A stretch of 64,000 bases of DNA from the IMG/VR virus record IMGVR_UViG_3300042346_001592, positions 1-64,000 of that record; one strand, written 5' to 3'. The position numbers and the translations under genes are program-made. This document shows positions 9,736 to 19,810 of the stretch, piece after piece. The notes beneath the pieces were generated by a model, which saw only the letters and a list, made by a program, of their open reading frames with translations, was not told the origin of the DNA and ran no database searches. The stretch is from a virus. Positions within the stretch are counted from its first letter, which is position 1; each line of letters opens with the position of its first letter.

Positions 9736-10518
9736 TTAATCTGAAAAATCTTGCTCGTAAGAGAGCATTAGATTTGAGTTATATCCTTTAACCAGAACAA
9801 AAGTTTCAAATATCCATAAATCAACCCAATCAAAATTAGCATCTATTGAACCGAGATATTTTTTAAGAAAAGATATTTGATGATTCTTCTTATCCGATAC
9901 ATTATCTACTTCAAGTTCCCACTTACCTAGTTCAGATACTTTTACAACCCCACTCTCGAGATTGATTGAGATTACTCTGTCGTCTATATTGATTTGAGAG
10001 AGTTTCTTAATAGCGTTCAAATCAGGCGCTGAGAGTTTGAAACCCCATTTTGATAGTTTCGGATCGAGTTTTTGATCAAGTGTTTTTTGAGTGAGATCAC
10101 GAATTTGAGAGTTCTCACTCGATACCGATGAAATTTTCAACTTATTATTAGAAAACTGAATAGTTCTTATTTCATAAGTGTTCTGATAAGCGGCCGACTC
10201 TTTGTAAATAGTATCTAGATGAATAGGATGTGAAGTATCAAAAAAAGATAACCCCTTTACCAGTTTTGAAGCTGGTGATATAATAAAATCTAAACTATCT
10301 TTATCAATCTCAAAATTCTGGAAGTATTCTCCAGTTTTCAAGGTAAAACTTTTAAGAGCCGATATGAATGAATCGGTAGAAGCTACTGAGTAGAGAAGAA
10401 TATTTTCATTGGATATCTTCAACTTCACGGTATCAGATATAGCCGCAACATCACGAATCTTCGATAGAAGATCCGAGAATTTTTCTGGCACAGCAACTAT
10501 TTTTTTCTTTAGGCTCAT
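9736..10518 (-). CDS. Putative sliding clamp (gp45-like)
   Basis: 260 aa, two-repeat alpha/beta pattern, adjacent to polymerase; based on size, pattern and context. Confidence 0.55.
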   Translation of the reverse strand: MSLKKKIVAVPEKFSDLLSKIRDVAAISDTVKLKISNENILLYSVASTDSFISALKSFTLKTGEYFQNFEIDKDSLDFIISPASKLVKGLSFFDTSHPIHLDTIYKESAAYQNTYEIRTIQFSNNKLKISSVSSENSQIRDLTQKTLDQKLDPKLSKWGFKLSAPDLNAIKKLSQINIDDRVISINLESGVVKVSELGKWELEVDNVSDKKNHQISFLKKYLGSIDANFDWVDLWIFETFVLVKGYNSNLMLSYEQDFSD

Positions 10519-10534
10519 TTTTTGTTTTTATTAT

Positions 10535-11035
10535 TTAAGTGTGTTGAAGATACATCATCAAATCATTAACGTTTTTAACCGTAAAACCAACCGATTCTAG
10601 GTTTTTGGAAGTAGCTCGTAAAAAATCTACATGAGTTTCAAGTAGTTGAATATTTCTTTCGTATTCAGCTAGATGAGCTTCTACCAATTGAGTTTTTTCT
10701 TGAGAGTTGGTTTTAACAGAGAATCCAATCGCGTAGAAAATAAACTTTTGGTTTTTGAGCTCTTTCAGGAAGACTTCTTGCTTGCTTCTTTTGTTTAGAA
10801 AAAAAGCTATTTGTTCGTTTATCATTTGCCTGTAAGAAAGAGCAAGAGATTGAATCTCAATAATTTTACCAGCGTTGGTTCTATTAAAGTTTGGGATAAG
10901 CTCATCATAAATTGGTTTGAGATTTTTAATCCATTCGTCTCTCTTATTTGCTAAAAATTCTTCGAGACGATTGTTGTCCTCTCTCTTTTTTGAGATTTGT
11001 TCTAGTTCTTGTTCTGAAAAAGGTGATAAGTTCAT
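10535..11035 (-). CDS. Putative recombination mediator (UvsY-like)
   Basis: 166 aa helical protein ending ...GFTVKNVNDL, similar in layout to UvsY; replication context. Confidence 0.5.
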   Translation of the reverse strand: MNLSPFSEQELEQISKKREDNNRLEEFLANKRDEWIKNLKPIYDELIPNFNRTNAGKIIEIQSLALSYRQMINEQIAFFLNKRSKQEVFLKELKNQKFIFYAIGFSVKTNSQEKTQLVEAHLAEYERNIQLLETHVDFLRATSKNLESVGFTVKNVNDLMMYLQHT

Positions 11036-11053
11036 TTGGTTGTATGAACTTTG

Positions 11054-11061
11054 TATATATA
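11054..11061. promoter_or_regulatory. Palindromic TATATATA between divergent genes
   Basis: Single motif in the 33-nt gap between UvsY-like (-) and PlcP-like (+) genes. Confidence 0.45.
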
Positions 11062-11068
11062 AGATGAA

Positions 11069-11815
11069 GTGGAAAGTTTAACGAAAATCAGAACACTATT
11101 CATAAGTGATGTTCATTTGGGATCACCACAATCAAACGCTGAAGCTCTGCTTGAAGTTCTCAAGACCTACCAGTTTGATGAACTTTATATTGTAGGAGAT
11201 TTTTTAGATCTCACAAGTTTAAGAAGAAAGTTTTTCTGGAAAACTTCACATTCTACCGTGATACAGAAAATATTAAGACTATCAAGAAAAGGTCTCAAAG
11301 TTGTTTATATTGTTGGTAATCATGACTATTGGATAAGAAATTTAATCGAAGAGGGTAATATTCATCTTGGTGATATTCTTATTTGTAATAGCTATATTTA
11401 TACTACTACTCTAGGTGAAAAGATCTATGTAACACATGGTGATGAGTTTGATGGATTTGTAAGGGTTCATCCCTTTTTGTATTGGCTCGGTGACAGAGCC
11501 TATTCTCTATCGATGAAAATCAACAAGGTTTATAACATCATCAGGAAATGGTTCGGTATGGATTATTGGTCACTTTCTGGATATCTTAAATCAAGAGTAA
11601 AAAACGCGGTGATGTTCCTTACAGAATACAAAAAAATGGCAAGAATAAAATTGAAAGATACCGGATGTGATTCAATTTTGATGGGTCATATTCACACACC
11701 AGATTTAGTAATAGGTGAATATTATAACACCGGTGATTTTTGTGAAAGTAATACCTATATCATCGAACATTTAGATGGTCGTATTGAACTTAAGTGGTGT
11801 AAAAATAACGATTAA
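11069..11815 (+). CDS. Metallophosphoesterase of the PlcP/LpxH-like family (putative phospholipase C)
   Basis: RTLFISDVHLG, GDFLD, VIQKILR..RKG, GNHD, HGDEFD, LGDRAY, YWSLS..LK..VK.AV.F, GHIH, NTGD. Confidence 0.8.
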   Translation: MESLTKIRTLFISDVHLGSPQSNAEALLEVLKTYQFDELYIVGDFLDLTSLRRKFFWKTSHSTVIQKILRLSRKGLKVVYIVGNHDYWIRNLIEEGNIHLGDILICNSYIYTTTLGEKIYVTHGDEFDGFVRVHPFLYWLGDRAYSLSMKINKVYNIIRKWFGMDYWSLSGYLKSRVKNAVMFLTEYKKMARIKLKDTGCDSILMGHIHTPDLVIGEYYNTGDFCESNTYIIEHLDGRIELKWCKNND

Positions 11816-11831
11816 TGCTAAAGTGGGTTAC

Positions 11832-13007
11832 TCAATTAGTGGCCTTCGAGAAGACTTTTTTATAATATTCGGTTTTTTTAGTTTTTGGTATCCAAGAAAT
11901 ATCTAGTAAATCTTTTGAGAAAAAGTTTTCTAAACACAATTTTTTATAGGGATCTTGAACAAGTTGTGAAAGTCTGTTTAGATCCTTTATTTTGGATAAT
12001 CGGTGGTTGTAGGCGTAAGGGTCTTCTGGTTTTTTGAGATCGGTTAAATTTTCAAATAATTTTCTCCAAAGAAAACAAGAAAATCCACCTCGAATCTTTT
12101 GATAGGTCTTGAAATCTCCGGTCTTATCATTATCAAAAAAGTAACGAATATCTAAGTTGTTGTTTTCAAGAAAGTTCATATCGGTATTCACACCAATAAC
12201 ACCTATCGAGTTAGGAAAGAATAGTGAATCTAGATAACCTTCAAAAACGGTGATTGTTTCCTCGAAATCAACATCTAAAATACCAAAAAAATATCCAAGT
12301 TTATTAAAGGTTAGAATATCAGAGCTATCAATCTCAGTTATTTCTTCTACTGAATGTATAAACTTATATAAGAACTCAAAATTATAGACCTTAAACATTC
12401 TTTTTTTACCATCTTTTAGATTTCTAATCTGCATCGATAAAATTTTCGATCCTCTCTTGTTGAGAAAACAAATAACAGGTTCCCATTTACCACCGGGTAG
12501 AACATATTTTGCCGCGTAAATATTCTTCTGTAGTTCTGAATGAATACCTCTTGATAGTAGATAGTTTTGTATCCACTCATCTTTACTAGCTGGCTTGAGA
12601 TCTTTAATGAAAGAATCTTCTCTTGAAGTTCTTTCTACCAAACTTTCAAGAGGTATCAAGTTCTCGAAATGGGCTCCGGTAAAACTATCATCAACAACAT
12701 CTCTAGCCGTGATGACCGAATCTAGGTAGTTTAGTATTTCAAGTTTTTTATCAGGATCGAGCGATTGGTTGAAATCTTTAGAAAACCGATTAAAGTTTGT
12801 TTTTTTATCACAATTGAAACAAATATAGACTAGTTTGTTATAGTAAATATTTCCACGTTTTTTGTGCTCTGATTGACCATCACCACAGTATGGGCAACAA
12901 AAATTAACTCTATCTGAGTGCTCTACGATTCTTCTTTTGTATTGAGAGGAAAAATTATCATTGATAACGCGTTGAACAATGAAATTGATGTAAGATTTAT
13001 CGACCAT
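11832..13007 (-). CDS. DNA primase (T4 gp61-like)
   Basis: Zn finger CPYCGD...CFNC; TOPRIM FEGYLDSLF and FDND. Confidence 0.88.
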   Translation of the reverse strand: MVDKSYINFIVQRVINDNFSSQYKRRIVEHSDRVNFCCPYCGDGQSEHKKRGNIYYNKLVYICFNCDKKTNFNRFSKDFNQSLDPDKKLEILNYLDSVITARDVVDDSFTGAHFENLIPLESLVERTSREDSFIKDLKPASKDEWIQNYLLSRGIHSELQKNIYAAKYVLPGGKWEPVICFLNKRGSKILSMQIRNLKDGKKRMFKVYNFEFLYKFIHSVEEITEIDSSDILTFNKLGYFFGILDVDFEETITVFEGYLDSLFFPNSIGVIGVNTDMNFLENNNLDIRYFFDNDKTGDFKTYQKIRGGFSCFLWRKLFENLTDLKKPEDPYAYNHRLSKIKDLNRLSQLVQDPYKKLCLENFFSKDLLDISWIPKTKKTEYYKKVFSKATN

Positions 13008-13037
13008 AAAAACTTTTTCATTTTTAGGGCGAGTATG

Positions 13038-14168
13038 TTATAAAGTTTTTTTCTTTCTAGCTTTCTTAGAAAATTTAGATTTACGAATACCAACTACCCT
13101 AGGTGGATCGGGCCTGAAGTTATCTAAATCTCTAACTTGACCTACTTTATTAGACATATCATTTACTCCGTCATCTAATCTACCTTCTGGACCTTTGGGG
13201 TAAAGACGTTGAGTCATATTGTTCCATTTTGTGAAGGGCACTACATTGGCTTGTGTTCCGTCAAAGTTAGGTGAATTTGCTTCGTTTTTCTTATCGAAAT
13301 TCCAAGTAGTTACTTCTATTTTTTGTGGATTCTTTGTAGATTTAAGAACTAATTTTTGGATGTTGGTAAATTTTTCGTGGTCTATTTGATCAAAAAGTTC
13401 TTCGATCGAACGAACATTTCTTAAATCGTCGTCTGAAAAACCAACAACGGCTTTCACACCAAGACCTTTAGCCCATCGATTTACACTATCTTTGAACTCA
13501 AGTAGTGCTATCTTTTTTGCCTGCTCGGGTTCGAGTGACGAACCTTCTCTTGACGGTGCCGCTACTCCAACCAATGGGCATTCATCAAGATAATTTTTTA
13601 CTAAAGTATTTTTAGAAAACTTTTCTGAGGTATAGAGTTCTCTTGGAATACGTGGCATTTCTTCTCCAGAACCAAAAAAATGATAAAATTTCAATAAATT
13701 ATTATACATCAAATACTTATCTTCTTCAGATAGGTATTCATCTATGATCCACTCTATTCCTAATCTAATCGCTGGTGCTTCGTGACCTCTGGCGGTGATG
13801 ATAGAAAAAATGCAAGCGCTTGTAAGACATTCTAAAAAGTCATCCCATGAAGGTCCAAAATCTCTCGATCGACAGCTGTATCTAACATCTTCATAAAAAG
13901 CTTCGATCCCTCTAGGTCCGTTATCTCTAAACTCACTGAAAGCTTTCGAGGGATCATTATCTAAGATTCTCCAGTTATCTCTATCATTTCTAATTTCTGC
14001 AAATTTATGCGTAGATATAGATTCTGGTATCCATCTATCACCTACTCGTCTCTCCATATGGATTTTAGTAGGCATATTGAGGATATTATCATCCCAGTCG
14101 AAGGCATAATAAAGTAATACTCTATCTTGCGAGAGTTCCCTCTTTGAGCTTTCTGACTCTCTAGTCAT
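13038..14168 (-). CDS. HAD-superfamily phosphatase-like protein
   Basis: YAFDWDDNIL (motif I), IITARGH (II), K (III), GFSDDD (IV). Confidence 0.7.
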   Translation of the reverse strand: MTRESESSKRELSQDRVLLYYAFDWDDNILNMPTKIHMERRVGDRWIPESISTHKFAEIRNDRDNWRILDNDPSKAFSEFRDNGPRGIEAFYEDVRYSCRSRDFGPSWDDFLECLTSACIFSIITARGHEAPAIRLGIEWIIDEYLSEEDKYLMYNNLLKFYHFFGSGEEMPRIPRELYTSEKFSKNTLVKNYLDECPLVGVAAPSREGSSLEPEQAKKIALLEFKDSVNRWAKGLGVKAVVGFSDDDLRNVRSIEELFDQIDHEKFTNIQKLVLKSTKNPQKIEVTTWNFDKKNEANSPNFDGTQANVVPFTKWNNMTQRLYPKGPEGRLDDGVNDMSNKVGQVRDLDNFRPDPPRVVGIRKSKFSKKARKKKTL

Positions 14169-14174
14169 AAAAGA

Positions 14175-14615
14175 TTATTTTCTTTTATTTCTGGTTAGAA
14201 AACTTGAGAATGATTCTAGCTTTGGTTCGCCCATTTTAGGACCCTGAACCATTTTAGAACCCGTAGATGATGGCTTCATTTTATCATCTTCGTCATCTTC
14301 ATCTTCGTCATCTTCATCTTCGTCGTCCTCATCTTCGTCGTCCTGGTCTTCATCATCCTCAGACTCATCACCTTCCCAATCTTCACCATCTTCATCCCAG
14401 TCACCTTCGACATCACCAGATTCTTCTTCATCTTCAAACTCATCGAAATCTTTCATTTCTGATCCAGTATCCGGTTTTGTTTGTGAATCATCACCGTCTT
14501 TTGAAAGAGTGAATTCTTCTTCTACTTCACCATCTCTTTGTGCAGAGATTGAAAGTTCGTTACCTTCTTCGGTTATAGTGATTTCATAATCACCAAACAT
14601 CAATTTTAGTTCCAT
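14175..14615 (-). CDS. Highly acidic protein
   Basis: Long D/E tract; C-terminal KLESFSSFL; TATATA at 14632-14637 upstream. Confidence 0.7.
   Translation of the reverse strand: MELKLMFGDYEITITEEGNELSISAQRDGEVEEEFTLSKDGDDSQTKPDTGSEMKDFDEFEDEEESGDVEGDWDEDGEDWEGDESEDDEDQDDEDEDDEDEDDEDEDDEDDKMKPSSTGSKMVQGPKMGEPKLESFSSFLTRNKRK
14284..14360 (-). repeat. GAY/GAR codon repeat encoding poly-D/E
   Basis: tcatcttcgtca-type iterations. Confidence 0.8.
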
Positions 14616-14693
14616 GGTTTTTTTTTATTTTTATATATTAAATTTCAAAGTCTTTTTTTAACTTTTTTTGATTATTTCATATATGAACTATAT

Positions 14694-15320
14694 ATGTATA
14701 AATATTCCTCAAAGATTGAATCAAATTTCAAAGCTTCGATTAGTCCAAAAAATTCATTTTTTGGTTCCGATGTGCCACTCAACCATGAAATAAGTTCTAA
14801 ATTACTAGAGGAAAGAATAATTTTTTTGACAGGTGAGCTCGATGATTATTTATGTAATAGCATAAAATCACAACTACTTTATCTAGAACAGGTCTCGCCT
14901 AGAGAAGATATCAAAATTTATATTGATTCACCTGGTGGTTCGGTCTATTCAGGATTGGGTCTTCTAGACACGATGGAGTATATTTCTTGTGATATACAAA
15001 CTATCAATACGGGTCTAGCGGCCTCGATGGCTGCTATAATTCTTTGTTCTGGAACCCCAGGTAAAAGAAAATCACTTAAAAGAAGTCGATGTATGATTCA
15101 CCAACCACTGGGATACACTGGATACGCACAAGCTTCTGATATCGAAATTGATGCTAGAGAAATTAATTCATTGAAAAGGGAACTCTATGAAATTATAGCC
15201 GAAAAAACCGGTCAAAAATTTGATAAAGTCCATAAAGACGGAGATCGTGACTACTGGATGTCTTCACAAGAAGCTAGAGGTTATGGAATGATCGATGAAA
15301 TTCTCACAAAACGTATTTAA
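14694..15320 (+). CDS. clpP: ATP-dependent Clp protease proteolytic subunit
   Basis: YIDSPGGSV, GLAASMAA (Ser), MIHQP (His), DRD (Asp). Confidence 0.95.
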   Translation: MYKYSSKIESNFKASISPKNSFFGSDVPLNHEISSKLLEERIIFLTGELDDYLCNSIKSQLLYLEQVSPREDIKIYIDSPGGSVYSGLGLLDTMEYISCDIQTINTGLAASMAAIILCSGTPGKRKSLKRSRCMIHQPLGYTGYAQASDIEIDAREINSLKRELYEIIAEKTGQKFDKVHKDGDRDYWMSSQEARGYGMIDEILTKRI

Positions 15321-15332
15321 TTTTTAAATATT

Positions 15333-15358
15333 AAACTTTGTTACAACAGAGGATATAA
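15333..15358 (+). promoter_or_regulatory. AAAC-N17-TATAA putative phage promoter
   Basis: AAAC 15333-15336, TATAA 15354-15358. Confidence 0.5.
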
Positions 15359-15374
15359 AAAATAAAAAAACAAA

Positions 15375-16319
15375 ATGACCGTTAGACACGTAGTTGTTCA
15401 ACCTTCTATAAAATACTACACCTGGCAAGTTGAAGTTTTACTTATAAATTTAATGCAGTTGGGAATCAACCCAAATCATATCGATATTGTTTGTTCTGTA
15501 AATGAGCATATTGATATCTGGAAAAATATGGCACTTCACTACAACGCTGTAAGATTTTCTTTTTACGAAGATACCCGCGAAACAAAAAAATACATTTCTT
15601 CAATTAGGCCACATTTGCTAGAAAAACATTTCAGACAATACCCAGAACTTTCAGAAGAAGTTATTTTCTATCACGATTGTGATGTTATATTCACGGATAG
15701 AATTAATTATTCAAAATATGTTGATGATGATAACACGTGGTATTTGTCTGATACTATTTCCTATATCGGATACAATTATATTGTTTCTAAAGGTCAAGAA
15801 ATTTTTGATAAAATGGTCGAAATCGTAGGAATCGATCCTCAATTGGTAATTGACAATCAAAATAATTCTGGTGGTGCTCAATATATCATGAAAAATATCG
15901 ACGCTGATTTTTGGGCTGATGTATATAGAGATTGTGAAAATTTATTTCATGAAATAACAAATATAAATAATCAAATAAAACGTCAGAATCCAAATTATCA
16001 TGAAATTCAGATCTGGTGTGCAGATATGTGGGCCGTTCTTTGGAATGGTTGGAAACGTGGATTCAAAACCGTTGTAGATAAAGAACTTGATTTTTCATGG
16101 GGATCTTCACCTATAAATCAATGGCATCAATATAAAATTTATCATAACGCGGGAATTACAGAAAGTGAAGGAGGAACTCGTTTTTATAAGTATGAATACC
16201 GTGATAGACTTCCATACTACACGAATCTTCCCGTAAAAAATGATCTTTGTAGCTATAATTACTATCAATATGTAAAGCATTGCGGGCGGTTGAGTGTTCT
16301 CAAATGGTTCTGGAACTAA
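15375..16319 (+). CDS. Putative GT-A glycosyltransferase
   Basis: FYHDCDVIF DxD motif, IRP and WCADMW motifs; in glycosyltransferase cluster. Confidence 0.55.
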   Translation: MTVRHVVVQPSIKYYTWQVEVLLINLMQLGINPNHIDIVCSVNEHIDIWKNMALHYNAVRFSFYEDTRETKKYISSIRPHLLEKHFRQYPELSEEVIFYHDCDVIFTDRINYSKYVDDDNTWYLSDTISYIGYNYIVSKGQEIFDKMVEIVGIDPQLVIDNQNNSGGAQYIMKNIDADFWADVYRDCENLFHEITNINNQIKRQNPNYHEIQIWCADMWAVLWNGWKRGFKTVVDKELDFSWGSSPINQWHQYKIYHNAGITESEGGTRFYKYEYRDRLPYYTNLPVKNDLCSYNYYQYVKHCGRLSVLKWFWN

Positions 16320-16337
16320 AAAAAATAAAAATAAAAA

Positions 16338-17513
16338 ATGGCAGTTAAGCTTGTTCTAACACAAATAATGAAAAATGAATCACATGTCGCAAAAAGAATG
16401 CTTGATTCAATAAAACCAATAGTTGATGCACTTTGTATTATAGACACCGGATCAACGGACAACTCAATTGAATTTGTTAAAAACTGGGGTCAAGAAAATG
16501 GAATAGAAACTTTCATTTTTGAAAAACCTTTCGACAACTTTGAAAATTGTAGAAATTACGCCTTCGAGATGGCAAGAAAAGAGTTACTAACTCGTGGTGA
16601 TGGTCATGATTGGTATTCTTTTTGGCTTGATTTCGATGAACAATTAGTAGTTGAACCTTCTTTCGATAAGCAATCAATCAATAAAGATTTGTATATGTTC
16701 AACACTTATATCAAATCGATGAAATATACCAGAAATGAACTTTGTAGGTTAAATAAACCTTTCAGATGGTATGGCCCTGTTCATGAGTTTATTGTGTGTG
16801 ATGAGCAGAATATTACAAGTGATTTAATGAGAGGTCTTCATGTTATTGTGAATATGGATGGTGCTTCTTGGCAAGAGAATACACCAGAGAAATATAGAAA
16901 ACACGCAGCAGTTCTAGAAGACTATATTACCAACAAAGATAGAAATGCTCGTTGGGTGTTCTACACCGCACAATCTTACCACGATGCCTCAAATATTCCC
17001 AATAACAGACCAGAACAAGAAGAAAGACTTCGTAGAGCTATGAAATTTTACAAAGAACGCATTTCTAGAAATGATGGATACTTTGAAGAAAGATATTATT
17101 CCCAATTCAGGGTGGCTACAATTATGAGGGTTTTAGAATATCCCTGGAAAGATACTCTTCAAGAACTTTTCAAAGCTTACACAATGGAGCCACTTCGAGC
17201 AGAGCCATTGAAAGTAATTATTGATCAATATCTTATGACTGGTGATTATGAATTAGCTTATATGTACACGAAGTTTTGTAAAGTTAATTTTCACAAAAAC
17301 AATCCATATCCGAAAAGATTATTATTCGTAGATGAATCACTATATGCTTGGAGAATCTTAGAAGCTCACTCAGCTGCTTGTTTTTATACAGGTAGAAAAG
17401 ATGAAGCAAAATCTACATACAACGAACTAATGTCAATCGCTAAGTCATCACCACAATTATTTGCTCCAGAAGATATTCAAAAAATTGAATCAAATAAACA
17501 TTTTTTCAATTAG
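16338..17513 (+). CDS. GT2 glycosyltransferase with TPR-like C-terminus
   Basis: IMKNES...IIDTGSTDNS, F...RN.A, LDFDE, WYGPVHE, R.VFY.AQSY. Confidence 0.85.
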   Translation: MAVKLVLTQIMKNESHVAKRMLDSIKPIVDALCIIDTGSTDNSIEFVKNWGQENGIETFIFEKPFDNFENCRNYAFEMARKELLTRGDGHDWYSFWLDFDEQLVVEPSFDKQSINKDLYMFNTYIKSMKYTRNELCRLNKPFRWYGPVHEFIVCDEQNITSDLMRGLHVIVNMDGASWQENTPEKYRKHAAVLEDYITNKDRNARWVFYTAQSYHDASNIPNNRPEQEERLRRAMKFYKERISRNDGYFEERYYSQFRVATIMRVLEYPWKDTLQELFKAYTMEPLRAEPLKVIIDQYLMTGDYELAYMYTKFCKVNFHKNNPYPKRLLFVDESLYAWRILEAHSAACFYTGRKDEAKSTYNELMSIAKSSPQLFAPEDIQKIESNKHFFN

Positions 17514-18063
17514 ACTTCGTTACTCTATTCATTAAATCCTTTTCGTATTCTTCGAAAGACATAACTTTTCCAGGTTTTTTCAAATCTTTATTAAGGTCTC
17601 TATTAAATAGAGACTTTAATTTTTTTAAATTAGTTTGATCTTTTCTTCTCTTCTTGCCTACTTTCGATCCGTGTTCTCTATCAGGAACTGGTGCTTTTTG
17701 ATACATTTTTTTCCCACCAAGTGCTGGAAAAGGAAAAGCAATATCTCCAGAACCAGAAGAACCACCACCTGCTTGAAAGGCACCTCCACCAGTTGAACCA
17801 GCAAATATAGAGGGTTGTGGCGCTACTACTGCACCCATACCACCTATACCAGCATTGGAATAAGCAACACCTCCACCACCAACAGCCGATCCTGTTACTG
17901 CACCACTCGGACCCCCGGTAGCAGAAGTATCTTCAAAAAAACTTTTTAATTCGAGTTTGTGAATTAATCGATTTATATGCTCGATACCATTCATTTTTCC
18001 TTCAAGAATCATAGTTTGTCTAAGATCCAATAATTCTTGTAAATTATTTTCATTTGCTTTCAT
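17506..18063 (-). CDS. Gly-rich hypothetical protein (possible head-associated)
   Basis: FFEDTSATGG..., basic C-terminus with KVMSFEEY; TATATATA at 18070-18077 upstream. Confidence 0.6.
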   Translation of the reverse strand: MKANENNLQELLDLRQTMILEGKMNGIEHINRLIHKLELKSFFEDTSATGGPSGAVTGSAVGGGGVAYSNAGIGGMGAVVAPQPSIFAGSTGGGAFQAGGGSSGSGDIAFPFPALGGKKMYQKAPVPDREHGSKVGKKRRKDQTNLKKLKSLFNRDLNKDLKKPGKVMSFEEYEKDLMNRVTKSN

Positions 18064-18095
18064 AAAATGTATATATAAAAAAAAACTTTATTATT

Positions 18096-18788
18096 TTGTT
18101 CTCAATAGATACTATACAATTTTACAATCTTCTTGGAGAATATACAGGTGCTAGAGATGAGTTCTCAAAAAAAATAGAACTCATCAATACTAATATTCCA
18201 AAGTTTATGAGTGAAGTAGATAGATTCTTAGAGCTTAATCCCGAAATAAAAAATTTATTATCAGAAGATAAGATAGAAGAATCTTCAAGTGATGATCTTT
18301 CTCAAAAAGTTGAAAATGAAAACACAATAGAAATTTTAGAAGATAATGTATCACAACAAAACGAGAATTCAGATTCAACAAATATTATTCCATTGGGGAA
18401 TGTTAAAGAAATTACGGTAGAAGAATCAACTATTGAGAGAGATAGAAAATTAAAAGATCTTTATCGCAAAATTGTTAAAATAACACATCCTGATAAAACA
18501 TTAGATCAAATTCTTAACGAACTTTATATTGAGGCCACTAGTTATTACAATGAAAAAGATCTTTTATCTCTTTTCTATATTTGTTATAAATTGAGTATAA
18601 GTTTTAATGTAGATTCCTTCGAAATAGAGGAAATCAATCATAAGATATCAGATTTCAAAAATAAAAGTAAGTTTTTAGATAGTAACTTAACCTTGATTTG
18701 GTTATACAGCGATAAAAAAGAAAGAGTTATTCTAGATTATATATTATCACAAATTGAATCCAAAAGAATGCGTGATTTGTTTAGATAA
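18096..18788 (+). CDS. J-domain-like co-chaperone (start uncertain)
   Basis: LKDLYRKIVKITHPDK HPD motif in the C-terminal half. Confidence 0.6.
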   Translation: MFSIDTIQFYNLLGEYTGARDEFSKKIELINTNIPKFMSEVDRFLELNPEIKNLLSEDKIEESSSDDLSQKVENENTIEILEDNVSQQNENSDSTNIIPLGNVKEITVEESTIERDRKLKDLYRKIVKITHPDKTLDQILNELYIEATSYYNEKDLLSLFYICYKLSISFNVDSFEIEEINHKISDFKNKSKFLDSNLTLIWLYSDKKERVILDYILSQIESKRMRDLFR

Positions 18789-18841
18789 AAGAAAAACATA
18801 CTCGGATATATTCTCTATAATACAAAAAAGAATACACTTTT

Positions 18842-19810
18842 TTGAAAAAGATAATTTATATCACACCTCACTTATCAACAGGTGGATGTCCTAAATATTT
18901 ACAGCTGAAAGTTGAATATTTCATCAATGAATACCAAATTTGGGTTGTAGAATGGAGTGATATCACCGGTGGTGTTTTTGTAGTTCAAAAAGAAAAAATA
19001 AGAGAGATTATCGGTCAAAATCTTATTACTCTTGGGGAAAATAAAGAAGAAATACTTTCTATCATTTCTGATATCGAACCAGATTATATTCATTTCGAAG
19101 AAATATCTGAAGATTTTATATCTTATAGTCTATTAAAAAAAATATGGTCACCTAACAGAAATTATAAAATATTAGAGACTACTCACTCTTCTTTTACATC
19201 TATTTCCAATAAATCATTCTTACCAGACCGATGGGTATTTCCATCTGAGTTCTCGGTTGAAAAGTTCTCAATTAATTTCGGGCCAGAGTGTGTAGTATGG
19301 GAAGCTCCTATTTTGAACAAGAATAATATAAATAAATCTCTGGCTAGAGAGAAATTAGGTATAAGTCTCAATTTTATTCATGTGCTTCATGTTGGATTAT
19401 TCACACCTGGCAAAAATCAAGAAGAAATTTTTGAAATAGCTAAAAAGTTTTTTGGTATGGATGTACAATTTCATTTTGTTGGCAATTTAGCTGATAACTT
19501 CAAACCCTATTGGCAAGATTTAGTATCAAAAACTCCCGGAAATTGTAGAATATGGGGTGAGAGAAATGATGTTGATCTTTTCTATGAAGCTTGTGATGTG
19601 TTTTATTTCCCATCAACTTATGAATTGAATCCTCTTTCTGTGAAAGAAGCTCTATCTTGGAAATTACCTACTTTTCTTAGAAGACTACATACCTATAAAG
19701 GGAAATATGACACAAATAATTTAGTTACCTACATTGATGAAAATATAGAAGACAATTACAAAAAACTTCTACAAAAAATAATATCGATTAAAAATGAGTC
19801 TGTTCTATGA
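18842..19810 (+). CDS. GT4-like glycosyltransferase
   Basis: PHLSTGG; VGLFTPGKNQ; FPSTYELNPLSVKEALS (E-x7-E). Confidence 0.85.
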   Translation: MKKIIYITPHLSTGGCPKYLQLKVEYFINEYQIWVVEWSDITGGVFVVQKEKIREIIGQNLITLGENKEEILSIISDIEPDYIHFEEISEDFISYSLLKKIWSPNRNYKILETTHSSFTSISNKSFLPDRWVFPSEFSVEKFSINFGPECVVWEAPILNKNNINKSLAREKLGISLNFIHVLHVGLFTPGKNQEEIFEIAKKFFGMDVQFHFVGNLADNFKPYWQDLVSKTPGNCRIWGERNDVDLFYEACDVFYFPSTYELNPLSVKEALSWKLPTFLRRLHTYKGKYDTNNLVTYIDENIEDNYKKLLQKIISIKNESVL

